From: Candidatus Thorarchaeota archaeon SMTZ1-45
Lineage (GTDB): Archaea > Asgardarchaeota > Thorarchaeia > Thorarchaeales > Thorarchaeaceae
DNA: 55,693 nucleotides
Direction of reading: 5' to 3'
Assembly: GCA_001563335.1 (NCBI GenBank)
Contig: LRSL01000031.1
Span: 1 to 55,693 of the forward strand
Below the pieces are notes generated by a model. The model was not told where the DNA came from, did not search any database, and saw only the letters and a list, made by a program, of their open reading frames with translations. A program made the position numbers and the translations under genes. Shown here one piece after another: positions 1 to 10,030 of the stretch. The stretch's first letter is position 1. Every line of letters starts with the position of its first letter.

Positions 1-2
1 AT

Positions 3-3000
3 CATGATCCCAATGTCTACTTTGAAGGAGAATGGAAGTTCGGGCTCTGTGTTGAGGACACATGGGATTACACAAATTATCTCGATAGAGATGGACCTGG
101 TTATGTCTACTTTGATCTAACCCAAGAAGGCACTGTTAGTTATTCGACTTACTTTCAGTTTGATGTATATTCTGGCGAGTGGGATGAGATAGTGCCAGGT
201 GAATGGACAGAGGACTATTCTTCTACATGGACATTTTCAACAAGCAGTTATCTAGAAATGAATAGATGGTATCCTGCTAGTAGAATTCAAGGTGACGTGA
301 AGCATTTTGTTGAATATATTGTATATAATTTCGCTCCGGTAGCTAATCCTATTCTTGGAGATACAGTCTATGCAGGGGAGAGCATAGCTTTCGAAGGCTA
401 TGCTATTGACCCCGAGAGAGACAGCATTGGGTTGCAGTGGGATATGGACTATGGCTCATCTTTTACTATTGACGCTTGTTCTCAGAGTCCAGTCTTTGCA
501 TATACTACGCCTGGAACCTACACGGTGGCGTTTAGGGCTATTGATCTCTATGGAGCAACGAGTGAAATCCAGACAGCAACTGTTGTGGTACTTGCAGATA
601 TAGACACTGATGGTGATGGTATTAGCAACAGCATGGACGACGACGATGATAATGATGGCTTATTAGATGTTGATGAAGAGAGCCTTGGAACCGATCCATT
701 GAGTCCAGATACTGATAATGACGGTTTCAGCGACGCCGATGAGGTCTTGGTCTACTTCAGCAACCCACTCATGAAAGGACCAATCTATATTGATGAGAAT
801 GCTGACTTCAAGGCCTTTGGATTCGAGGGGGAGGGTACTCAACTGGAACCATTTATCATTGAGAATCTAGTTATAGAAACATCAACCATCAATCTAATTC
901 ATATTCAGGATACGACGGCCTACTTTGAGATTCGCAACTGCGAGCTCGATGGTCTTGGCGGAGAGTATTATGGGATTTATTTGCTCAATGTGCAGAATGC
1001 TAATGTAAGCTGGAACATAGTACAGAACTGCTATACTGGTTACATGCTCGAGAACACACACAACTCATCCCTTGAACATAATTGGGCGCACCACACAAGC
1101 TATGATTATCATTTAACGGCGAGCAAGGAAAACACGCTATCATGGAATCGTGGTACAACATGCTCCGTAGCATGCTACCTCTTGGATGCAGACAGCTCGA
1201 ATAACACTCTCAGTGATAACACAGCTGATCAGGGATTCTACTGCTATCATGTCGTAAGCTCCTCGAATAACACTTTCTTGAGGAACACCGCCACAGATAC
1301 AGACACCTGCTTCTTTATTGAATCATCATTCAATAATACTTTACGAGATAACACTCTTCTAGGGGGAATGTATGGATTTCGACTCGAAGATTGCAGGAAT
1401 CACACACTGTCAGGCAATACTATGTACTTCTCGACCTATGCGTACTACCTCAAAGACTCTGAATACAATACACTTGAAGCCAATGATGCTGAAGAAGCGG
1501 TCTATGGTTTCTACCTGCTTCGTAACTCTTTCAATGAGATCTCAGACAATATAGTCACTGGGTGTGAAAACGGCATAACATTGGAGAATTGCGAGTACAA
1601 CAGACTCTCAGGGAACACCATTAGCAATTGCTGGATTGGTATTGATCTCAACAATGTGGATGAATGTAACATTACAGGGAATCATGTTGAGGTGAATCAT
1701 GTTGGCATAGCCCTTGTAGAATCTAGAGATTCAACTTTGTTGGACAATGATGTCTTCTATTCTAGCTATGCTGGTTTTGTACTCACCATGTCTTCCGATT
1801 GTCTAGTTGAGTGGAATAATGCTTCTGGATGCTTAACTGGTTTCCAAATTGAAGTGAGCTCCTCCAACCTTTTATCTCACAACACAGTGATTATTGACTA
1901 TACTCAACATTTGGTTTTTTATAGGGGTTTTTGGTTGTTATGGTCAGACAAAAACACATTGTTTGATAACATCGTAATAGCAGATGTTGCCTCCACATGT
2001 TACAGTTTTTCATTGGAAAATAGCAATGAAAATACACTCACAAGGAATAATATCACTAGCAAAATCGATGTATATGTCTTAGAATACTCTCACTCATGCT
2101 ACGGTTTCAATGTTGACACTAGTCATGGCAATGATATCAGATATAACAACATCAGCATTAGTTTTCACTATTTCTCGGAACCCACCAGAGGTTATGCTTA
2201 TGGTGTATACTTGTTCTCATCACAGAACTGCACTATATCAAATAATGACATACGAATTCTCATGGCCGCTGGGAATGGAAATACAGAGGGATATGATATC
2301 TATCTTCTGAATTGTTGGAACACCACAATAGCATTCAACAATGTCACATCTGACCTCGGTAGTGGCATTGGTTTTGGAATATATCTTCACATCTCTTCTA
2401 ACACTATAATTCTAGATAACATATTACTTCAGAACGATAATGGTGTCTATCTAAGAGACTCATCATACAACTTAATCTATCACAATATGTTTTTGGACAA
2501 TCAACATGGAGCATTTCTATCAGGTACATGCATTAGCAACTATTGGCATCATCAAATTCTTTTAGAGGGCAATTTCTGGTCTGACTACCTTGGATTTGAT
2601 GATGGAAGTGGAACCGGCAAACACGCTTTAGCTGGTGACGGAATAGGAGATACTGAATTACCCGCAGCAGGACTTGATAATTACCCACTCATAGAGCCGT
2701 TGACTACTCTGACAACTGTGTATCAGGACGAGAATACTGAAGTCACGGTTGCATTTCATGACGTTTCCGAAACCGGCACCACTGAAGTCGTTGTGAGCGA
2801 TACTGGTCCTGATCCTGAACAAGGCTTTCGGCTAGTCGGTCAGTATTATGATATCACCAGCACAGTTAGTTGTTCTGGGACAATCACAATAGCAATTCCC
2901 TATGATGAAAGCGCCGTTGAAAATGAGGCACTCCTTCTGCTTGAACACTGGGATGAGGACCTTCAGCAATGGGTTGATGTGACCACTTGGGTTGACACTG

Positions 3001-6000
3001 AGAACAACATCATCTTCGGAGAAACAACAAGCCTCTCAAAGTTTGCCCTAATGGAGCTAACTCACATTTACATTGATGGTGATGACGACTTTAGAACGCA
3101 AGCGGCCAAGTATGGTTGGCCAGGGTCAGGCACCGACATCAGTCCATTCATCATCAATGGATTTGTCTTTTCTGATTCTGAATTCAATCTTATTCATGTT
3201 CAAGATACTACGGTATACTTTGAGATTCATAACTGCGAGCTCGATGGTCTAACTCAGGACTACTATGGGATGTATCTACTAAATGTTCAGAACGCCAAGG
3301 TGAGCGACAATGTGATAGAGAACTGCAAGGTCGGCATCTTTCTGCATGCAATCCAACATAGCATCATCGAGAGGAATTGGGTTCACAATTGTGTCACGGG
3401 TATCAACTTGAGAAGCACATCCAACCTACTGCTCTCCAACAATCAGGTGTACGACAACAGCGTATATGGGATTAATGTTCATTCTGTAGATAGTGCCATC
3501 TTTTCTGACAATACCATATCTGACAATGCGCAATTTGGGTTGTACATCTATAATTCCAATAGTCTACTGTTCTCAAAGAATCTCATAACAAGAAACGAAA
3601 AGTATGCCTTCTATCTAGATAGATCTATTGATATCCAGTTTTGTGAAAATACAGTTTCCCATAACTCTCGGATGGGAGTCTTCCTCGCAAGGTCTAATCA
3701 TACGCTTATCGCTGAGAACTCTATTCACGATAATCAAGAACATGGGATTCAGTTTTCAGTATCGTGCGATAATACAATCATTGGAAACACTATTTATAGC
3801 AATATAGCGTCTGGAATCTATCTGGGAGGTTCTTCTTCAAATATTCTCTCCCATAACACGATTTATGGCAACTCTGGGCGTGGAATTTGCCTCTATGGTG
3901 GCACCGGCAACATCCTTTCTGATAATGATGTTTATGATAACATGCAGATTGGCATATACATGGACAATTCCAAAAACACCACCTTCTCATATAACATGAT
4001 CCTCAATAACGGCCATTATGGCATTTTAATACAATCAGCTTGCAATAATACCTTCTCTTGGAATACCATCAGTGATAACGCCAACATCGGATTTTTCCTG
4101 TACGTTAGCTGTAAAAACAATACCATCTTTAGTAATACTGTCTATAATAACGCAGGCCTTGGTATCTACCTGTATAATGATAGCAGCAACAATACGATCT
4201 CGAGCAATACAATCAGCAATCAGCAAAACCATGTTGGGATTCAGCTCTCTGTTTCTAGCAATAATAACACACTGTTCAACAATACCATCTCTCAAAACTA
4301 CTGTGGCATCAGAGTCACCACAGGGAGTAATTACAATATCCTCATGGAAAACACCGTTACCGACAACCGCAATCTGGGTATCTCAATAGAGGACAGCTCG
4401 TTCAATCAGCTTACTGGCAACCAAGTGACAGGTTGTCCAACAGGATTTCTTCTGTATATAGGTCGGAACAACACTCTGTCTGGGAACACCTTCGAACTCC
4501 TTAACCATGATGCTAGTCTTAATCAGATCTTCGGGTTCAATCTATCCTGGTGCCCTAATACCACCCTGTCCGGAAACATTGTCAACATTCCCATCAGTGT
4601 TTCTGTAGTCGAGTCAATGGACGTTCACATAGCAGGTTTCTATCTGCAATGGTGTTCTAACGCAACTATAATAGCAAACATCATTGACATATCGGTGAGC
4701 TTCTTCGGCCAGGGCTCATCCAATCCCTATGGTTTCATTATGCTTGCGTGTTATGATTGCAAGTTAATCGGGAATAGTGTCACGCTAGGGTTCCAAGGTG
4801 ACGTGTTTGGTTACTACATGGGCATGCATCTAGAGTGGTCCCATCGTAACTCACTATCTGGAAACGAGATTAGCATTTCTGCTGTCAATCCTCCCGCGAA
4901 CTTTGAGGCGTTCTGTATACGAATGATCCAGTGTGAAGATAATATTCTGTCAGGAAACGCTGTTCTCTATGACGCCACTGGTCATGTTGTAGGGATCTAT
5001 CTTGGATGGAGTGACCATAACGAAGTATATGGCAACATGCTCACTGGGTGCGAAGATGGCATAGGACTGCTGAACTGCGAAGATAACATTGTATCTGGTA
5101 ATACTGTTGCAAGTTGCTTCGCATGTGGCATCAACCTTGTCGATTGTGCGAATATTGCCCTTCATGAAAACACAGTTATCGACTGTCACACCGGCATCGG
5201 GCTGTGGAACGGACACCACAACACTTTGTTTGGGAACTGGGTTGACGTGATTGATTATGACTTGGGCTTTGATGAAATAATTGGAGTCCTCCTTTCTGGG
5301 TGTCAAAATTGCATACTCACGATTAACTCTGTCACCTTCGGCATCGAACATGGGTCACCTTCAGCAACTTACTCCTTCGAGTCTGGATCTCTCGACGGAT
5401 TCGTATTGGACAATTGCGACAATGCCACGTTAACAACCAATAAGGTAAGACTCTGGGGGTCTGTCCTAGGGTCCCTCACTGGGTTTTCGTTGACTGCGTG
5501 TCAGAACCATACCTTATCAAGAAACAAAGTTGAGTTCATTAGAGGAATCACAGTTTATGGCGATGGGTTTTCGTTGTTAGACTGTCATAATAACACGTTA
5601 GTCTATAATGATATCACCTTCTCGGGCGTGAGCAACGACTTCACGTTTGATGGCAGTGGGTTTTCGTTATTGGGGTGTCATAATAACACCGTATCAGAAA
5701 ACGATGTTCTCTTCCGTAGAATCTATGGCTTTGCTGACGGGTTCTCGTTGGAGAGCTGTCACAATAACATGATAACAGACAATGAGATCTTCTTTCAGAA
5801 TAACTTCTTCGGCTCCGTCAGTGCATTTTCGTTGGAGGGCTGTTACAATAACACGCTAGTAGGCAACGAGGTCATCACCAATGGTTTTAGGATATCTAGC
5901 GTCTTTGACGGATTTTCATTATCGGGTTGCCACAATAATACAATCATAGGCAATGGTATCCTCTTTTGCTGGGAAAGAAGTCTGGGCTCAGTCCAACACG

Positions 6001-7862
6001 GTTTTCACAGCGGGTTTTCATTTTCGAGCTGTCACAATAACACGTTAATAAACAACATTGTCCAGTTCTATTATTTAGCTAGTGGGGTTATGGTTTCTGG
6101 TGATGGGTTTTTGTTGTCGGGGTGTCAGAATAATGTGTTATTAGACAATCTTTACTTATTCCAAACCAGTGCACATGATGGAGTCACAGTTTCTGTTGAT
6201 GGATTTTTGTTGTCGGGGTGTCAGAATAACATGCTAACAGGAAATCTGGCTTCCATTAACCTTGAAATTCAGGGCGGTGTCTTCAACGGTGCTGGATACC
6301 ACTTATTCGAGTGCCAGAGCAATACCTTGTTGAACAACTCAGTAGACCTTCAAGGCATCATCGATAATGGCGTCTTTAACGGATTTTGTTTGGAATATTC
6401 CAGTGTTAATTCCTTGACTAATAATACAGCCACCAATAATTATCATGGGTTTTATTTGACGCGTTCCAGTGCTAATACCTTGATTAACAATACAGCCACC
6501 AGTAATGCTATAGGATTCTGTTTGCTTTATTGTGTGCATACAATAATTGATGGACTTGAGGGAGCAAGCAAGATTGAGGGAGGTAATGGTGAATTAGCAG
6601 GAGTCATGCTCTACGATTGCAGTGATGTTACGATTCGGGATTATTGGATCAGGGGCTTTGAAACTGGAATAGAGGTTCATAGTTGTACTGGCGGCACAAT
6701 TAGTGTTAACCACATGATAGATAATAGCATTGCGGTTTCTCTAGCCAGGACAACACAGATGACGATAGTAAGAAACATATTCAGTGAGAACGACATAGGC
6801 CTTCAAGCTGACTTTTCATCTATTGACAACAACATCTACCTCAATCTCTTCATGAGTAATGGCCAGCAGGTTTGTGATACTGGTAGTAACACATGGCACT
6901 TCATTGATACGGAATCTGGTCAGCTCTTGGGCAACTTCTGGAACAACTACTTGGGTTTAGCTGATGGAAGTGGCGGAAGAGTTGAGGGAGATGGCATTGG
7001 AGACACCAATCTCCCACATGAGGAAGGGGATGATTTTCCGCTAATAGACCCATCAATTGCTATGAAGTATGGACCATTACCGATTGGAAACGACTGGTGG
7101 CAAGCAGGGGGTTATCTCATTTGGCGAGGTGGATGGTCTCTAGTGGAGATTAAAGTCACTGACCCTCTTGGCCATGCCATCAACAGCACCACGAACGAGA
7201 TTGGACTGAACGCATGGTACTTCGAAGAAATCCAAGCAGATGGCACAACTAACGTACTCGTCATGATTGTTGTCCCAGTCCCTCTGAACCCCTATCCTCA
7301 GGAAGTCTTCACGTTTGAGATGACTGCTCTGGATGACCTCACCTACTCCATGGAGTGGTTTGTGAGCTATGGGGACTCTGTCAGTGGGATTGGTGGCGAG
7401 GTTCTCTTTATACGAACGGTTGAAGATGCTCCGCTCACAGCTGGTCAGACGCGACTAGTTGAAACGGAACTTGAAATGACCCCTGAGGGCGTGGAGGTTT
7501 CAGCTGTTGCACAGTACGACTTTGGAGGATTTCTCCGCCCCATCAAGCCAGACGGGACCAGTTGGTTCAAACAGGGGATGTCAATCCCTGTGAAGTTCCA
7601 GCTCTTTGACGAGGATGGTAATCCAGATAGCACTGCACATGCGACCCTTGACCTGGCCATGGTGATTGACGGGGTGGTAGGTGACTTCATGCCTGCTGAC
7701 TCGACATCACCCGTTGACACTTCCAACGTGTTTAGGTATGACGAGAAGAAGGAGCAGTATGTCTTCAATCTCAACACTATGGACCTGGCTGCTGGAATCT
7801 ATGTCCTACGGATAACGCTTGATGATGGGCAGCAGTTCACAATCCAGATTGAGATCAGATAG
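3..7862 (+). CDS. Giant extracellular parallel beta-helix (NosD/CASH-like) repeat protein with PKD-like domain, TSP3-like Ca-binding repeats and C-terminal PxKF-like domain; 5'-partial
   Basis: The frame is open from base 3 (HDPNVYFEGEW...) through the ORF-track start at 192, so the true start is outside the window. It contains a PKD-like segment (WDMDYG...AYTTPGTYTV), DTDGDG/DDDNDG/DTDNDG repeats, dozens of 'GIYL..S.NNT...N' coils, two GNFW.DY...DGIGDT caps and a C-terminal GFLRPI...IPVKFQL motif. Confidence 0.85.
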   Translation, partial: HDPNVYFEGEWKFGLCVEDTWDYTNYLDRDGPGYVYFDLTQEGTVSYSTYFQFDVYSGEWDEIVPGEWTEDYSSTWTFSTSSYLEMNRWYPASRIQGDVKHFVEYIVYNFAPVANPILGDTVYAGESIAFEGYAIDPERDSIGLQWDMDYGSSFTIDACSQSPVFAYTTPGTYTVAFRAIDLYGATSEIQTATVVVLADIDTDGDGISNSMDDDDDNDGLLDVDEESLGTDPLSPDTDNDGFSDADEVLVYFSNPLMKGPIYIDENADFKAFGFEGEGTQLEPFIIENLVIETSTINLIHIQDTTAYFEIRNCELDGLGGEYYGIYLLNVQNANVSWNIVQNCYTGYMLENTHNSSLEHNWAHHTSYDYHLTASKENTLSWNRGTTCSVACYLLDADSSNNTLSDNTADQGFYCYHVVSSSNNTFLRNTATDTDTCFFIESSFNNTLRDNTLLGGMYGFRLEDCRNHTLSGNTMYFSTYAYYLKDSEYNTLEANDAEEAVYGFYLLRNSFNEISDNIVTGCENGITLENCEYNRLSGNTISNCWIGIDLNNVDECNITGNHVEVNHVGIALVESRDSTLLDNDVFYSSYAGFVLTMSSDCLVEWNNASGCLTGFQIEVSSSNLLSHNTVIIDYTQHLVFYRGFWLLWSDKNTLFDNIVIADVASTCYSFSLENSNENTLTRNNITSKIDVYVLEYSHSCYGFNVDTSHGNDIRYNNISISFHYFSEPTRGYAYGVYLFSSQNCTISNNDIRILMAAGNGNTEGYDIYLLNCWNTTIAFNNVTSDLGSGIGFGIYLHISSNTIILDNILLQNDNGVYLRDSSYNLIYHNMFLDNQHGAFLSGTCISNYWHHQILLEGNFWSDYLGFDDGSGTGKHALAGDGIGDTELPAAGLDNYPLIEPLTTLTTVYQDENTEVTVAFHDVSETGTTEVVVSDTGPDPEQGFRLVGQYYDITSTVSCSGTITIAIPYDESAVENEALLLLEHWDEDLQQWVDVTTWVDTENNIIFGETTSLSKFALMELTHIYIDGDDDFRTQAAKYGWPGSGTDISPFIINGFVFSDSEFNLIHVQDTTVYFEIHNCELDGLTQDYYGMYLLNVQNAKVSDNVIENCKVGIFLHAIQHSIIERNWVHNCVTGINLRSTSNLLLSNNQVYDNSVYGINVHSVDSAIFSDNTISDNAQFGLYIYNSNSLLFSKNLITRNEKYAFYLDRSIDIQFCENTVSHNSRMGVFLARSNHTLIAENSIHDNQEHGIQFSVSCDNTIIGNTIYSNIASGIYLGGSSSNILSHNTIYGNSGRGICLYGGTGNILSDNDVYDNMQIGIYMDNSKNTTFSYNMILNNGHYGILIQSACNNTFSWNTISDNANIGFFLYVSCKNNTIFSNTVYNNAGLGIYLYNDSSNNTISSNTISNQQNHVGIQLSVSSNNNTLFNNTISQNYCGIRVTTGSNYNILMENTVTDNRNLGISIEDSSFNQLTGNQVTGCPTGFLLYIGRNNTLSGNTFELLNHDASLNQIFGFNLSWCPNTTLSGNIVNIPISVSVVESMDVHIAGFYLQWCSNATIIANIIDISVSFFGQGSSNPYGFIMLACYDCKLIGNSVTLGFQGDVFGYYMGMHLEWSHRNSLSGNEISISAVNPPANFEAFCIRMIQCEDNILSGNAVLYDATGHVVGIYLGWSDHNEVYGNMLTGCEDGIGLLNCEDNIVSGNTVASCFACGINLVDCANIALHENTVIDCHTGIGLWNGHHNTLFGNWVDVIDYDLGFDEIIGVLLSGCQNCILTINSVTFGIEHGSPSATYSFESGSLDGFVLDNCDNATLTTNKVRLWGSVLGSLTGFSLTACQNHTLSRNKVEFIRGITVYGDGFSLLDCHNNTLVYNDITFSGVSNDFTFDGSGFSLLGCHNNTVSENDVLFRRIYGFADGFSLESCHNNMITDNEIFFQNNFFGSVSAFSLEGCYNNTLVGNEVITNGFRISSVFDGFSLSGCHNNTIIGNGILFCWERSLGSVQHGFHSGFSFSSCHNNTLINNIVQFYYLASGVMVSGDGFLLSGCQNNVLLDNLYLFQTSAHDGVTVSVDGFLLSGCQNNMLTGNLASINLEIQGGVFNGAGYHLFECQSNTLLNNSVDLQGIIDNGVFNGFCLEYSSVNSLTNNTATNNYHGFYLTRSSANTLINNTATSNAIGFCLLYCVHTIIDGLEGASKIEGGNGELAGVMLYDCSDVTIRDYWIRGFETGIEVHSCTGGTISVNHMIDNSIAVSLARTTQMTIVRNIFSENDIGLQADFSSIDNNIYLNLFMSNGQQVCDTGSNTWHFIDTESGQLLGNFWNNYLGLADGSGGRVEGDGIGDTNLPHEEGDDFPLIDPSIAMKYGPLPIGNDWWQAGGYLIWRGGWSLVEIKVTDPLGHAINSTTNEIGLNAWYFEEIQADGTTNVLVMIVVPVPLNPYPQEVFTFEMTALDDLTYSMEWFVSYGDSVSGIGGEVLFIRTVEDAPLTAGQTRLVETELEMTPEGVEVSAVAQYDFGGFLRPIKPDGTSWFKQGMSIPVKFQLFDEDGNPDSTAHATLDLAMVIDGVVGDFMPADSTSPVDTSNVFRYDEKKEQYVFNLNTMDLAAGIYVLRITLDDGQQFTIQIEIR

Positions 7863-7985
7863 ACTCAACACATCCCATGAGAAGTAATGGGTATTACTTG
7901 TGATGAGGTGTGACCAGAAACAGGTCAACAGTGGAGATAATATCATGGTATACCATTTTCTATAGTTTATTCTAACTGTTGAAGA

Positions 7986-9086
7986 TTAAAGCCCCGCCTC
8001 ATTAATTAAGTCCCATAGATGAGCATTGAGCCGGTTTATACCATGAACAACCCTGGGATAGGATACAAAATCCTCTACAGACTCGGTGTAATCAGCTGCT
8101 TTAATCTCAGCAGCGATTGGAGGTCCTTTGCCAGGACGGTCAATGATCAGACCCACATCAATAATTGGTTCATTGGTTGTTATGCTTGCCCACCAGAATA
8201 GTTCCGGATATTTTTCGTGCAGTCCCATTATGATGTCCTGACCTGTCGTCTGAGCTTCATCGTAACAGATTCTCATCCTGTATTCCATATCGCCCAATGC
8301 AAAGACATCATAATAGACAGGAAAGTGGATACCACCACTCTCTTCTAGGTCTCGGAGGATTTTCCGCACCCGTCTGGGAGTGAATCCTGTGTACTGGGCA
8401 ATCTGGGAAACGGGCAGTCGAGAGTCATTTTCAGCTAAAGACTTCAATACACGTAACTGCTCACGGGTAAAGGTGACCCTCTTCCCTCTCGTGTTTAACA
8501 CATAGTTAGGTGGTTTGTTGGGAAAGAGAAAGAAAACAGGTCTCATCTCTACATTGGTCACACCATCAAGCTCTGATAGAAAACGTTTGAGCCCTAGAGT
8601 TTCACTCGCTCCCAACACGATTGCGTGATATTCATATCGTCTATCACTGGTACGATAGATTTCGACTACCATTGGTTTGCTGACGATCTGTTTCATTAAT
8701 TCTATCACATTCTCGGATCCATCGGTTGTGATAAAACCAACCACATTTTCAGCACCAAACGTTTCAAAGCTTACACATACACCAAACCTCCGAATCACTC
8801 CTCGCTGGCGAAGATTATTGATTCGGTTTTTGACTGTATTATCTGAAATATTGAATTTCTTTGCGAGTTCTTTGTATGGCATCCTAGCATTGCCACATAG
8901 TTCACATATCAGGGCCCAGTCCAGTGGATCCAATCTACTCACCATACTTCTACTGAGTTGAGAAACGATTCTTCTTTGCTGGATTTTTTTAAAGATGGCT
9001 CTTTGGGCTACCACGTTCCCTACAACTATTGCAGTTCTATACATCAGTTTGCTAATAAAACTGGCTCTATGTTGATTATTTCGCAC
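7986..9086 (-). CDS. Lrp/AsnC-family transcriptional regulator with two tandem wHTH modules
   Basis: LDPLDWALICELCGNARMPYKELAKKFNISDNTVKNRINNL and a second HTH, EQLRVLKSLAENDSRLPVSQIAQYTGFTPRRVRKIL. The real start is probably the ATG at 8945. Confidence 0.8.
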   Translation of the reverse strand: MRNNQHRASFISKLMYRTAIVVGNVVAQRAIFKKIQQRRIVSQLSRSMVSRLDPLDWALICELCGNARMPYKELAKKFNISDNTVKNRINNLRQRGVIRRFGVCVSFETFGAENVVGFITTDGSENVIELMKQIVSKPMVVEIYRTSDRRYEYHAIVLGASETLGLKRFLSELDGVTNVEMRPVFFLFPNKPPNYVLNTRGKRVTFTREQLRVLKSLAENDSRLPVSQIAQYTGFTPRRVRKILRDLEESGGIHFPVYYDVFALGDMEYRMRICYDEAQTTGQDIIMGLHEKYPELFWWASITTNEPIIDVGLIIDRPGKGPPIAAEIKAADYTESVEDFVSYPRVVHGINRLNAHLWDLINEAGL

Positions 9087-9276
9087 AGTCTAAGATGGAA
9101 ATATGCTAATGAACCATACTTTTTGTCCTTCTTGGCTGAAACTACTTCCCGCTCCTTGATATTCCAGTGAGTAATACCTTAGAATGCAATGTACTAGTTG
9201 CAACGAGTGACCCTGTACATTGTTGACTAAGAGCAATCAGTCACCAAGTCGGTTCATTTTATGAAACTGATAGGAG

Positions 9277-9849
9277 GTGAGAAAGCTGAAAAAAATGTGT
9301 GTTGTATTAATCTTATTCGCATTATCACTAACCTTGGTCGTTGCCACACCTGTGCAAGCGAAGAAACACCTGATTGGGTCCATGGACTTGGAGTTTAATG
9401 TGCTTTGGCCTGGACCACAAACCGACATACCTGATTGGGTAGGAACCATTACTTTTGATGGTGATTCTACTGAATATGGTATGGCATTCTTTGCTTTTGG
9501 ATCAGGCAAACCATTTGGAGACAAGCCAACAGGAATGGCATTCTTCTTTGCTGAGATTTGGAAGATTTATGACTGGGTAGAGTTGATAACTTACATAGAC
9601 GATGAAGGCAATGTATTCCAATGGGTAGAGTATGGAGAGATACTCATGTGGGGATATGACTATGGCTTGACTAATCTGGCAAATAGCAAATATCATATGA
9701 ATGGCGACGTCCAATTTGACAACTTGTATGGTAAATATGCTGGGCGCAACGTGCACATGAGTGGCCTTATAGAGTGGCAAGTATTGGAAACTCCAGATGG
9801 CCCAGTGGTGGCACCCTACAAAGCACCCGGTACATTCCGAATCAACTAA
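9277..9849 (+). CDS. Secreted hypothetical protein
   Basis: GGAGGTGA RBS. Basic n-region, hydrophobic h-region and VQA-K cleavage site. Divergent from the Lrp-type regulator. Confidence 0.7.
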   Translation: MRKLKKMCVVLILFALSLTLVVATPVQAKKHLIGSMDLEFNVLWPGPQTDIPDWVGTITFDGDSTEYGMAFFAFGSGKPFGDKPTGMAFFFAEIWKIYDWVELITYIDDEGNVFQWVEYGEILMWGYDYGLTNLANSKYHMNGDVQFDNLYGKYAGRNVHMSGLIEWQVLETPDGPVVAPYKAPGTFRIN

Positions 9850-9873
9850 TACACAGCAACTATGATACAAGCA

Positions 9874-9910
9874 GCCTCTTGAAGAATTCAAGAGGCCTTT
9901 TCTCTCTTCT
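9874..9910 (+). terminator. Hairpin plus pyrimidine tract terminator
   Basis: GCCTCTTGAA-gaa-TTCAAGAGGC perfect inverted repeat followed by CTTTTCTCTCTTCT, just after the stop at 9849. Confidence 0.6.
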
Positions 9911-10030
9911 ACTTCCTGATTATACTCCACCGATCTTAAGGTAAAATGATAAGGCAGGGATTATGACCATTTGATTTGGCTTGCATTTCAGATATTGTAG
10001 AATAGGACAGAGTGTTAATGAGGTGAATCA

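Noticed and set aside
192-194. GTG at 192 as the true start of the giant protein
   Set aside because: The frame is open back to base 3 and no signal peptide follows 192, so the gene starts upstream of the window.
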